A stretch of 64,000 nucleotides of DNA from Sedimentisphaerales bacterium. GTDB taxonomy: Bacteria > Planctomycetota > Phycisphaerae > Sedimentisphaerales > SM23-30. The position numbers were made by a program, and so were the translations under genes. Position 1 is the stretch's first letter. Every line of letters begins with the position of its first letter. The stretch lies in NCBI GenBank assembly GCA_963666285.1, contig OY762711.1, one strand, 5' to 3'. The notes under the pieces are model-generated. The model was not told the DNA's origin and made no database searches. It worked only from the letters and a program-made list of their open reading frames with translations. Below are positions 1 to 9,148 of this stretch, piece by piece.

Positions 1-6
1 CTGGGA

Positions 7-1548
7 ATGGAATATGTAGATATTGCCAACCTGGACGTACCGGATGAGATAATTAATTTGCTAACAGCGCAAATGGCGATGACATACCGGGTGCTTCCTA
101 TAGAATATGATGAAGCATCAAACCGCCTGGATATTGTAATTGACTCGTCAGATAATTTTTCAGCTACTGATGATTTACAGACGTTACTGGATTTTCATAT
201 TCGCGCAATGATTACTGATACCGATGCCTTAGATAATGCATTAAACCGCTATTATGGCGACAAGGTTGAGAGTATCAATGAATTAATAACAGAGCTGACA
301 GATGATTCATCATTTACCAACCTGGCAGATCGCGGCGCAAGTATAGATCTGAGCGAACTGCGAGAGGCGGCAGATTCGAGCCCGGTAAAAAGGCTGCTGA
401 ACCTTGTTTTGTTACAGGCGATTCGAGATAAAGCATCGGATGTGCATTTTGAGCCATTTGAAGATGATTTCAAGATGCGTTATCGTATTGACGGTGTGTT
501 ATATGAAATGGTGCCGCCGCCAAGGCATATTGCAGTGGCAATTGCATCTCGTATAAAGATTATGGCAGAGCTTGATATTGCCGAGCGTCGTCTTCCTCAG
601 GACGGGCGTATTGCTTTGATGGTACAGGGGCGACCGGTTGACCTTCGTGTATCGGTTTTACCTACAATGTTTGGCGAGAGCGTGGTACTTCGTGTATTGG
701 ATCAAACACAGGTTGACCTTGATCTTGACAAGTTAGGTTTTCGTGATCGAGATAAAAATACATTGCGTCAGCTGATCCACAAGCCAAATGGTATTGTGAT
801 TGTAACAGGTCCAACTGGATCAGGTAAAACCACTACTCTTTATTCAGCCTTGAAAGAGTTGAATACTATCGATAGGAAGCTTATTACTACCGAGGATCCG
901 GTGGAATATGATATTGATGGTATTATTCAGTGTCAGATCAGGACAGATATTGGTTTGACATTTGCTGCATGTTTGAGAAGTATTTTGCGTCAGGACCCGG
1001 ATGTGGTGTTAGTTGGTGAAACTCGTGACCTCGAAACTGCACAGATCGCTATTCAGGCATCGCTGACAGGTCACTTAGTATTTACAACAGTTCATACTAA
1101 TGATGCTCCGAGTACAATTGCTCGTCTGGTTGACCTTGGCGTAGATAACTTTATGATAACGGCGACGGTTGAAGGTATTGTAGGTCAGCGTCTGGTACGT
1201 ACCATTTGTAAGAATTGTCGTACCCCATTCCAGCCATCAGAGGAAATGCTGCTGGAATTGGAATTGACACCAGAAGAGACGTCTGGCAGGCATTTTTATT
1301 ATGGTCGCGGTTGCGATTACTGTAATAACACCGGTTATAGAGGTAGAATGGGTATTTATGAGGTTATGACCATAAATGACGAGATCCGAGAAGCGATCAT
1401 GAATAATGCTTCCTCGTCAGAGCTTCGTGAGCTGGCGATAGCAAATGGTATGACCTCGATGCGTGATGCCGGTATTGCTTCTATTTATGATGGCCAGACA
1501 ACAATTGAAGAGGTTGTCAAGGAAACAGTTCTAGAAGACATGGGTTAA
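7..1548 (+). CDS. gspE: Type II secretion / type IV pilus assembly ATPase (GspE/PilB family); probably 5'-truncated by the window edge
   Basis: Walker A GPTGSGKTT, TTEDPVE, LRQDPDVVLVGETRD, His box GHLVFTTVHTND, CxxC/CxxC zinc motif; the frame is open from position 1. Confidence 0.93.
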   Translation: MEYVDIANLDVPDEIINLLTAQMAMTYRVLPIEYDEASNRLDIVIDSSDNFSATDDLQTLLDFHIRAMITDTDALDNALNRYYGDKVESINELITELTDDSSFTNLADRGASIDLSELREAADSSPVKRLLNLVLLQAIRDKASDVHFEPFEDDFKMRYRIDGVLYEMVPPPRHIAVAIASRIKIMAELDIAERRLPQDGRIALMVQGRPVDLRVSVLPTMFGESVVLRVLDQTQVDLDLDKLGFRDRDKNTLRQLIHKPNGIVIVTGPTGSGKTTTLYSALKELNTIDRKLITTEDPVEYDIDGIIQCQIRTDIGLTFAACLRSILRQDPDVVLVGETRDLETAQIAIQASLTGHLVFTTVHTNDAPSTIARLVDLGVDNFMITATVEGIVGQRLVRTICKNCRTPFQPSEEMLLELELTPEETSGRHFYYGRGCDYCNNTGYRGRMGIYEVMTINDEIREAIMNNASSSELRELAIANGMTSMRDAGIASIYDGQTTIEEVVKETVLEDMG

Positions 1549-1761
1549 TTAATTAGTTTTGCGTGAGTGGCAGGAGTTTGAGCCAGTATTCACATGAGCT
1601 CGTATTAAGAATAATGTGAAGTTCTGGGCTATTTTTATTAGCTGGACAGCTGGTTTTTTGGGGTGAAAAGAAGTAAAATTGGATAAAAAAACATATAAAT
1701 ACTTGAAAATAAAGAGATAATATAAAAAATAAGATAGATGGTGGGCGTTTTATAGATTGAT

Positions 1762-1770
1762 TGGTATAAT
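1762..1770 (+). promoter_or_regulatory. Candidate extended -10 promoter upstream of gspF
   Basis: TGgTATAAT in the AT-rich 300-bp gspE-gspF gap. Confidence 0.35.
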
Positions 1771-1853
1771 CAGTCAAAAGTTAAAGCCGGTATAACCAAT
1801 CCGGTAAATTACGTAGAGAGTTACAAAAAAGCCTGCTTTTCGGAGAAAATACC

Positions 1854-3101
1854 ATGCCTACGTTCAATTATGAAGCAATGGATTCAATGGGCCAGGAAGT
1901 AAAAGACACCATTGAAGCTCTCAGTGCAGATGAGGCACTGAGTAAGATACGTAACCAAGGGCTATATCCTACAAAGGTAAAAGAGAAAGGTGCCCGCCGA
2001 GTAAAGAAAGATAAGATATCAGTTGGAACTGGTCCTAAGAGAGCGCGTGGTACCGGCGGTAAGGTAAAACTCAAGAAACTGACTCAGTTCACACGTCAGT
2101 TAAGTACGCTTCAGGATGCGGGTCTTCCGATCCTTCGAAGCCTTCGAATCCTGGAAGAGCAGCAAAAGCCGGGTGTATTAAAGAAGGTTTGCTGTTCAGT
2201 AGCAGATGATGTAGAAGCCGGTACAACCCTATCTGACGCGATGGCGAAATATCCCAAGTGTTTTAATAACCTGTATTCAAATATGGTAGCAGCCGGTGAG
2301 GCCGGTGGTGTATTGGACCTGATTTTGAACAGGTTGGCTGATTTTATGGAAAAGGCAGCGGCGTTGAAACGAAAAGTAATCGGTGCTATGATCTACCCGA
2401 TTGCGGTACTGACAATCGCTTTTTCTATCGTAATGGGAATTATGACATTTGTAGTGCCAAAGTTTAAGACAATTTTTGCAGATATGGGATCTGAACTTCC
2501 AGGAGTTACCCAGACTTTACTGGATATCTCAGTCTGGATTACTGAACAATATGGTTGGCTGATATTGCTGGGTTCACCATTAGGCCTGATAATGCTAATT
2601 AAGCTACTTCGTCTAAGCCAAAAAGGGCGATATGTTCATGACTCGCTCAATCTTCGTATACCGGTAGTAGGCCAGATATTAGGTAAGACGGCAATTTCCA
2701 GGTTTACCCGAACGTTGGGTACGCTGGTATCAGCCGGTGTGCCGATTCTGGATGCGTTGAAGATTACGGCAGATACAGCCGGTAACGAGGTTTATAAGTC
2801 CGCGATGATGAAGGTTCTGGAAAGTATCCGTCGTGGTGAGACATTTGCCGAGCCTCTGCGAAAAGCCAAAGTTTGTGACTCGCTGGTGACAAATATGATC
2901 GACGTAGGTGAAGAGACAGGTGAACTGGATAAGATGCTGTACAAGATAGCGGATAACTACGATGACGAAGTTGACGTACTTGTAGGTTCACTGGTATCGC
3001 TTATGGAGCCGGTTCTGGTTATTTTCCTTGGTGTAATATGCGGTTTTATCGTAATTGCTTTGTTTATGCCTATGGTAAAGATGATCGAAGACTTGGGTTA
3101 A
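1854..3101 (+). CDS. gspF: Type II secretion / type IV pilus inner-membrane platform protein (GspF/PilC)
   Basis: FTRQLSTLQDAGLPILRSL, MVAAGEAGGVLD and GEETGELDKML motifs; TM helices; follows gspE. Confidence 0.93.
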   Translation: MPTFNYEAMDSMGQEVKDTIEALSADEALSKIRNQGLYPTKVKEKGARRVKKDKISVGTGPKRARGTGGKVKLKKLTQFTRQLSTLQDAGLPILRSLRILEEQQKPGVLKKVCCSVADDVEAGTTLSDAMAKYPKCFNNLYSNMVAAGEAGGVLDLILNRLADFMEKAAALKRKVIGAMIYPIAVLTIAFSIVMGIMTFVVPKFKTIFADMGSELPGVTQTLLDISVWITEQYGWLILLGSPLGLIMLIKLLRLSQKGRYVHDSLNLRIPVVGQILGKTAISRFTRTLGTLVSAGVPILDALKITADTAGNEVYKSAMMKVLESIRRGETFAEPLRKAKVCDSLVTNMIDVGEETGELDKMLYKIADNYDDEVDVLVGSLVSLMEPVLVIFLGVICGFIVIALFMPMVKMIEDLG

Positions 3102-3219
3102 TGAAAATATAAAGAGTCTTGTAGCGAGACGAATAAATAGAAGGTAAGTAGTAACGAAGACACAGTAGTATGCGGGCGTAAAGAAGCCTAACTGCTGATG
3201 ATGTAAACAGGAGATATAT

Positions 3220-4152
3220 ATGATACGAGGTATTCGTAAAGGATTTACGCTGGTAGAGCTATTGGTGGTGATGGCGATTATTGGCCTACTGGTAGCGATA
3301 GCGGTCCCCGGCTTGAATCTGGCAAAGTTCAAGGCTAAAGAGGGAGTATTAAAGGCAAAGCTTAATACGATTAGTACGGCCTTGGAAAGTTTCAATGGCG
3401 ACCAGGGTTTTTATCCTGCGTCAAGCACATCCAGGACATCGCCGTATGGTGTATGGGACGCTAATGATGATGGAATGGTAAACGTTAATGATTCCGGAGA
3501 CCAAGATGCCTCTATAGTGGATACGGGAGCTCATTTACTGACAAGAGCTTTGATCGGAGCGGATGGTTTAGGTTATCAAAAGAATGGTTTTTATAGAGTT
3601 GGGAATAACGGCCAGCCGGTAGATATAAATAATAACAGTACCGTCCGAACAAATTATCTTGATACTGAGGGTTTCCAGATAGAGCCACTAAGTAATACAG
3701 TGAACCCTAATATAGAAGGTATGGACATGGCCGAAATTAATCGGCAGCTTGGCTTGGAGCTTGATACAACATATAAAGGTTATGGAGATGCTGCCTGGCT
3801 TAATCCTAACAGTGTTATCCGTGATGATTTGACCAGGTATTCTATGCCGATTTTGTACTATAAGGCGAATAAGCGAAATTATTTGATTGCCGGTGATAAT
3901 AACACAGGAACAGGAATATATAATTATAGTGATAATCAGGCGTTTACTGATCCTACTTATATGGAGTTAAGTGCTAGAGAAGTGTTAAATAATTTTGCGT
4001 ATTATATCTGGGATAACAATACTCCCGTGATTACTGATCCAGCAAGTCGTCCATGCAAGAAAGACAGTTTTATACTGATCACGGCCGGTAAAGATGGTCT
4101 GTATGGAACGGCAGATGATATATGCAGTTTTGATTTTAAGACAGGCAAATAA
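3220..4152 (+). CDS. GspG-like pseudopilin with enlarged globular domain (310 aa)
   Basis: RKG|FTLVELLVV class III leader; C-terminal SFILITAGKDGLYGTADDI GspG-type motif; GGAG RBS. Confidence 0.8.
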   Translation: MIRGIRKGFTLVELLVVMAIIGLLVAIAVPGLNLAKFKAKEGVLKAKLNTISTALESFNGDQGFYPASSTSRTSPYGVWDANDDGMVNVNDSGDQDASIVDTGAHLLTRALIGADGLGYQKNGFYRVGNNGQPVDINNNSTVRTNYLDTEGFQIEPLSNTVNPNIEGMDMAEINRQLGLELDTTYKGYGDAAWLNPNSVIRDDLTRYSMPILYYKANKRNYLIAGDNNTGTGIYNYSDNQAFTDPTYMELSAREVLNNFAYYIWDNNTPVITDPASRPCKKDSFILITAGKDGLYGTADDICSFDFKTGK

Positions 4153-4225
4153 TTTGCCCGATCAGGGTAAAGATTAGTTTTAATAATCAAATAGTTTTAG
4201 GCTATTGATAAAATACGAAGGGTTT

Positions 4226-4657
4226 ATGAAAATGAAAAGTCGCAAAAAAGGTTTTACACTGGTAGAGGTGCTGGTAGTTATCGCGATATTGGCGATAATC
4301 GGTGCCGGAGCTGTTAGTGTAGCCAATAATGTGGTAAAGAAGGCTAAGGTAAACAAGACCAAAGCCGCGATCGCAAATATAGTTTCTGCGGTGGAAGAGT
4401 ATTATCGCGAGACAAAGACTTATCCAGCTAGCCTTTATTCGGATTTGGCGGGTAATCCTAAAACCAGTGTGATTATTGATAAGCTTGACGATGAATTCAA
4501 GAATCAAGACCCAAGTAAAGAATCTCCACTGCGTGACTCCTGGGGTAAAACACTGCATTATCTAAACCGCGGCAATGGCAATTTTCCAAAAATCACATCA
4601 GCAGGTCCGGATAAGGAATTTAATACTGCCGACGATATACTCTCTACCGATCAGTGA
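4226..4657 (+). CDS. GspG-like major pseudopilin
   Basis: KKG|FTLVEVLVV leader; DSWGK...SAGPDKEFNTADDI motif; start moved from TTG 4205 to ATG 4226 (4232 also possible). Confidence 0.8.
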   Translation: MKMKSRKKGFTLVEVLVVIAILAIIGAGAVSVANNVVKKAKVNKTKAAIANIVSAVEEYYRETKTYPASLYSDLAGNPKTSVIIDKLDDEFKNQDPSKESPLRDSWGKTLHYLNRGNGNFPKITSAGPDKEFNTADDILSTDQ

Positions 4658-4848
4658 TGAAAGTGTTCCGAAATATCTGGAGCATGATTCTGTCCCCAAA
4701 AAGTAAAAAAAAGTTAACTATTTGTGGGCGAAAAGGGTGGTCGGAAGTATAATCTATTAGAGTGAGAAGAATAATCAGTTAAAAAATGACAGGCATGCGG
4801 GATGAGGCGTAAGGGAAGGAAATCCGCATGTAGCGGAAAATTATTTGC

Positions 4849-4930
4849 TGCAAGGCGGCGGCTTTGCAAAGTGAAAAATGAATAGTGAAAAGTCAAGGCG
4901 TTCGCTTTGCTCACAGCTTGTTTTATTGCT
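4849..4930 (+). repeat. Hairpin + 4 heptads + GTTCGC..GCTCAC..GCTTGTTTTA module
   Basis: TGCAAGGC/GCTTTGCA stem, then AAGTGAA AAATGAA TAGTGAA AAGTCAA (4869-4896). Confidence 0.75.
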
Positions 4931-4985
4931 AAAGACAAACTGATATAGATAAAAGATTATGATAAAAAGAACAAGACAATCAGGT
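4909..4985 (+). repeat. 77-bp direct repeat (copy 1) covering the RBS region and prepilin leader
   Basis: Matches 7640-7716 with 4 mismatches; partial third copy at 6078-6123. Confidence 0.9.
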
Positions 4986-6008
4986 TTTACGATGGTGGAG
5001 ATGGTGGTGGTGGTTGCCATTATTGCCTTGGTATTGGCGGTAGGAATGCCGAATTTGCCAGGTATGCTCCGCAGTAATAAGATGTCAAGTGCTAAGAACC
5101 TGGTAAAGACAGCGCTGGCACAGGCTCAGAGTTATGCCGCGAGCCACAGCAAGTATGCCGGGATTCGTTTTCAGAAAGCGGCTAATGGAAAGACTTACCT
5201 GGTGCTGATCGAGCATGACCCGGTTTTTGATTATAATACCAATCCTGCCGGTGGTGGAGATATAATATCGACAAGGAATCAATACAGGTATGTTGCAATT
5301 CCCGGAGCGAAGCCAAAGGCGTTGCCTGATGGTGTAGGAGTTTTGGATGGTAATATGTATGGGGGGGGGGGGACAGGAGATACTGTATTGATTGATTATG
5401 ATATTTCAGTTGATAATAGTGTTGCCTGTATTGAAAACTATCAGACTTTTTCCATTATCTTTTCACCGACAGGTCAGCTGGTGACCAAGCAAGTTTCAGT
5501 ATATCCACGTTATGATAATACTTTGAAAACGATGGTTGCGTATTTTGATGATCCGGTTAGACCGGGAAATCATATAGGCAGTCAATATAAGGTAAAAACT
5601 TCAGCTTATACCTCATACGGCAGTTATGATACGGTTTATCCTGCGGATTTGATATTTGGTTCTATATTGTATTGCGATCCGGCGAGATACCAGGTAGTTG
5701 CCAATACAACATTAGACAGTGATCTGCTGAACAACCATGACTCACTATTGTCATATGATGCTCATTATGTACCTGAGCTGGGCGACAACAGCTATAATTC
5801 ATATGAATATGATACAGAGCCGTGGTGTTTCCTAGAATCCAGTTCGACGAGTTTTTATATTTATATGGAAAATGAGATGGTAGATGCATCGCCGGATGGA
5901 ACAACGAGGTATAGTAATTTCTTTAATCCATCGGAGGGCGGTTCTGAATATGAAGGGTGTGAATACTATATGCTGAATATGTATACAGGGGATATATTTG
6001 CAGAATAA
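4959..6008 (+). CDS. Minor pseudopilin (GspH/FimT-like position) with in-frame G12 tract
   Basis: MIKRTRQSG|FTMVEMVVV leader; AQAQSYA helix and FSPTGQL motif. Confidence 0.75.
   Translation: MIKRTRQSGFTMVEMVVVVAIIALVLAVGMPNLPGMLRSNKMSSAKNLVKTALAQAQSYAASHSKYAGIRFQKAANGKTYLVLIEHDPVFDYNTNPAGGGDIISTRNQYRYVAIPGAKPKALPDGVGVLDGNMYGGGGTGDTVLIDYDISVDNSVACIENYQTFSIIFSPTGQLVTKQVSVYPRYDNTLKTMVAYFDDPVRPGNHIGSQYKVKTSAYTSYGSYDTVYPADLIFGSILYCDPARYQVVANTTLDSDLLNNHDSLLSYDAHYVPELGDNSYNSYEYDTEPWCFLESSSTSFYIYMENEMVDASPDGTTRYSNFFNPSEGGSEYEGCEYYMLNMYTGDIFAE
5361..5372 (+). repeat. G12 homopolymer (Gly4) inside a pilin CDS
   Basis: Twelve consecutive G; the longest G run I noticed in the window. Confidence 0.9.
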
Positions 6009-6092
6009 AACAGTCATAAGGCCCGCCTTAGGCGAATCTTCGACATAAGTGAATGTAATCCGTCTGTGGCGGAAAAAGATATAGAAAGAATT

Positions 6093-7535
6093 ATGATAAA
6101 AAGAACAAGACAATCAGGTTTTTCGCTGCTGGAAGTAATGATGGCGGTAGTGGTCATGACGATGGGGATGGTGTTTGTCGCGAGTATGTTCCCGGTTGGT
6201 TTGTATAATGCACGCAAGACAGCGGATGCGACGATGAATGCTATCGAGCTGAATAATTCGGTTGTTTCGGCGGGGCTGGTGGTAGATGCCGCGATTAAAA
6301 CCGGATTGACAGGCCGAGGGAACTGTTTTGAGTTTCGAGATGCCCCTAACGATGTAAATAGTAATGATGTTTATGATAGTGGAAACGGTGAAGAAGGTAA
6401 TCCAAACAGCATTCATTTCCTGATAAAGCCAAATGTTCTGGCTGATTCAGTTGGAACAAATTCGCCGATTGTAGTAGTTGATGATATAGAATATGTACTG
6501 CTTCCAGGTGCCAATCCTCAAAACCAGTTTTGGTACTCAATGAATCCGCCTACTATAGCTTACACAGGTGCACCTTATTCCGGTGCATCGCTATTTATGG
6601 CTACTTATTTTGAAGTCTCTACCACAATAATACCTATTATCGATGGCACCGGAGGTTATTATGACCCATATGATTCAGGTGACTATGTAGATGATTACCT
6701 GTCTCCTGAGCTGACGACAGGTAGTTTTATCGGTGATATAGGTTTTGTTGCCAGTCCGCCGGTGTTTTATACAGATCAGGATGTGTTGGACAGGATAGAA
6801 AAGTTAAGCGGTGATACGCAGGCGGTGAATCTGGCATCAGTAGTGCAGCAGCAGGTTGTAAACCGGGCGGTTTATGATGTAACTATGGAGCGAAATTACA
6901 GTTGGGCGGCATTTTATGAGGGTACGGGCAAGCCTGAGTTTATGTATATTTTCACCTTGAAGAATCACCAGCGGAACGTTCGTTATGCGGTACAAGACCC
7001 GGCCAGTATGGTGTATAATAATCCGGTAGATCCAATATTTGATGGAGATCGGACGACTACGCCAACATATGGCAGTACCGGGCCATTGCCGTATGCTCGC
7101 GGAAGTGCATATGACAGACATTTCCCGGTGCCGTGGCTGGTGCATATGGATGTGCCAAAGGTGAGCGCATTTGCCAGACGTCAGGCTCCATATTATGATC
7201 ATATTTTGTCGGTATCCGCAGAGATAGCAAAGATTCTTCGTCCTGGAAGTATATTGCTTAATGCTGATCCTGATGGAGTAGATTCGCGAGATAGTACTAA
7301 AGTTTATGTAAATCACGATAAAATGATCTATGAGGTTGAAGATGTAGTTCCGATAGACCCGACAGACCTATCGGTCGGTTTTAACGTGATACTGACTGAT
7401 ACACTTGGAGATTCGGTAGATGGTGCCAGTATGTTTGCGTTCTGGGTATTTCCCCCAGCAATAAACCGTGCGACAAATGAGTATGAAGATGAACAGCCGG
7501 TGGTAGATGTAGTTTACCGGAAGGTGGAATGGTAG
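6093..7535 (+). CDS. Minor pseudopilin (GspI/PilV-like position), enlarged
   Basis: MIKRTRQSG|FSLLEVMMAVVV..MFPVG leader; start set at ATG 6093 by analogy with the paralogous leaders. Confidence 0.75.
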   Translation: MIKRTRQSGFSLLEVMMAVVVMTMGMVFVASMFPVGLYNARKTADATMNAIELNNSVVSAGLVVDAAIKTGLTGRGNCFEFRDAPNDVNSNDVYDSGNGEEGNPNSIHFLIKPNVLADSVGTNSPIVVVDDIEYVLLPGANPQNQFWYSMNPPTIAYTGAPYSGASLFMATYFEVSTTIIPIIDGTGGYYDPYDSGDYVDDYLSPELTTGSFIGDIGFVASPPVFYTDQDVLDRIEKLSGDTQAVNLASVVQQQVVNRAVYDVTMERNYSWAAFYEGTGKPEFMYIFTLKNHQRNVRYAVQDPASMVYNNPVDPIFDGDRTTTPTYGSTGPLPYARGSAYDRHFPVPWLVHMDVPKVSAFARRQAPYYDHILSVSAEIAKILRPGSILLNADPDGVDSRDSTKVYVNHDKMIYEVEDVVPIDPTDLSVGFNVILTDTLGDSVDGASMFAFWVFPPAINRATNEYEDEQPVVDVVYRKVEW

Positions 7536-7536
7536 T

Positions 7537-7660
7537 TTTAAGTTGTGTATAACACATCTTGAAAAAGTGAAAAAATAATAGTGAAAAGTGAAAGTTAAGG
7601 CGTCCTGATGTATGTTGACATCAGGAATAATTCGCTGTCGCTCACAGCTTGTTTTATTGT
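7537..7660 (+). repeat. Hairpin + heptad array + nested hairpin + GCTCACAGCTTGTTTTA module
   Basis: Heptads at 7565-7598; perfect 9-bp stem TCCTGATGT/ACATCAGGA at 7603-7626. Confidence 0.75.
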
Positions 7661-7716
7661 TAGAGACAAACTGATATAGATAAAAGATTATGATAAGAAG
7701 AACGAGACAATCAGGT
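7640..7716 (+). repeat. 77-bp direct repeat (copy 2) covering the RBS region and prepilin leader
   Basis: Matches 4909-4985 with 4 mismatches. Confidence 0.9.
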
Positions 7717-8898
7717 GTGACTCTGCCGGAGATGATGACGGCGGTTGCGATAACGCTGATAATGCTGGCGGCGTCGGGCATGATATTTAGCTCAGCGTCG
7801 AAGTCGTCCGGTAAGGCGATGGCCTTGAACGATATGATGACCGAGGCACGTGCGATAATCGGTCAGCTGGAAAGTGACTTTGCCGGGTATCGGGATGATC
7901 TGCCGATAACGCTGGTGTTTGAAGGTTATGATTTTATTGTCGATTCTAATTTAGATGGTTCTCCTGAATCAGATTACCTGGAAAGGCGAGATCGGGTATC
8001 GTTTTTTACCAACGGTGATTTCCAGGATATGTATGGTAACGGCAGTACTTTGATGGCCCGTGTTTTGTACAGTCAGAGTGGAGATACTGTTAATAACTCG
8101 AATACAGAAATACCCGGAGCCAGTATGGGTATTGCTCCTCTTCAAAGGGCGTTGTGCCGGCAGATGAAGATGATAACTAATAATGATACTAATAGTGCAG
8201 GAGCATATATTAACCCACTTTATGCGGGGAGCCACTATGCAAAAAATTATTGGCAGCAATATGAACTTGAGATATTTGAGTACGGTCCGGAATACCTGTG
8301 GAAGAGTGCAGATAATAACAGCTACTCTTCCAGCTGGTGGCTGTATGAGGATGCATCTGGTACAAGTAATAACATTTCATTCATCAGGCGTCCAGATTAC
8401 GACCTTTTTTACAAACAAGATGTCTTAATAACGAAAAATGCATCATATTCCCTACAAAGGAAAAATCAATATAAGCAAAGAAGCTGTGTAGTAACTGATT
8501 GTACCGATTTTACCGTGCAGGTGTGGATAAAGCCGCCGGGAGAATTTGCGTACAGGTGGTTTCCAACAAACTGGGATTTGGAGATAATGTCTGATTCTAC
8601 AACACGATCATATTGGAATGATAAAAGTAAACTTAATCAGCCGACGCCGTGTATTGGTATAAGCTGGAATATTGATGAGAACCATTTAATGCCGTTTGGA
8701 TATGGCTATTACATCGATGGAAGTATAAAATATCTATTTCCTGATTATCTGTTTCCTGATTATGATCGTACAGCTTTTGCTCCGCCGGAGAAGCCGAAAG
8801 CGTTTAAGTTCACGTTTAAGCTGCATGATAAAGGGCGGACGCATTTTCCTGAGGGTAAGAAGTTCACGTATATAATAGATGTGAGGGATAAGGATTAG
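7690..8898 (+). CDS. Minor pseudopilin (GspJ/PilW-like position)
   Basis: MIRRTRQSG|VTLPEMMTAVAI leader (V at +1, E5 kept); ARAIIGQLESDF helix; C-terminal PKAFKFTFKLHD. Confidence 0.75.
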   Translation: MIRRTRQSGVTLPEMMTAVAITLIMLAASGMIFSSASKSSGKAMALNDMMTEARAIIGQLESDFAGYRDDLPITLVFEGYDFIVDSNLDGSPESDYLERRDRVSFFTNGDFQDMYGNGSTLMARVLYSQSGDTVNNSNTEIPGASMGIAPLQRALCRQMKMITNNDTNSAGAYINPLYAGSHYAKNYWQQYELEIFEYGPEYLWKSADNNSYSSSWWLYEDASGTSNNISFIRRPDYDLFYKQDVLITKNASYSLQRKNQYKQRSCVVTDCTDFTVQVWIKPPGEFAYRWFPTNWDLEIMSDSTTRSYWNDKSKLNQPTPCIGISWNIDENHLMPFGYGYYIDGSIKYLFPDYLFPDYDRTAFAPPEKPKAFKFTFKLHDKGRTHFPEGKKFTYIIDVRDKD

Positions 8899-9015
8899 AA
8901 ATCGATTTTATCGATTTCTAAAGTGAAGAGTGAAGAACTAAGAGTGAAGAGTTAATGTGTTCGGCTATCCTTCGACTAGCTCAGGACAAGTCGCCTCACG
9001 CTTATTTTAATGCTT
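8895..9015 (+). repeat. Stop-overlapping hairpin + 5 heptads + GTTCG..CTCAC..GCTTATTTTA module
   Basis: 12-bp stem TTAGAAATCGAT-TTT-ATCGATTTCTAA; AAGTGAA GAGTGAA GAACTAA GAGTGAA GAGTTAA (8921-8955). Confidence 0.8.
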
Positions 9016-9148
9016 CGCTTTTTAATAATATTGAATTACTGATACGCTTGTGAAGGCGAACCACGGATGGTTACAGATTGACACTGTGAAATAAAGTAAA
9101 AAGACAGTTGCTGATGAGATATATGAATTGCCCGATTGAGAGGGTGCT

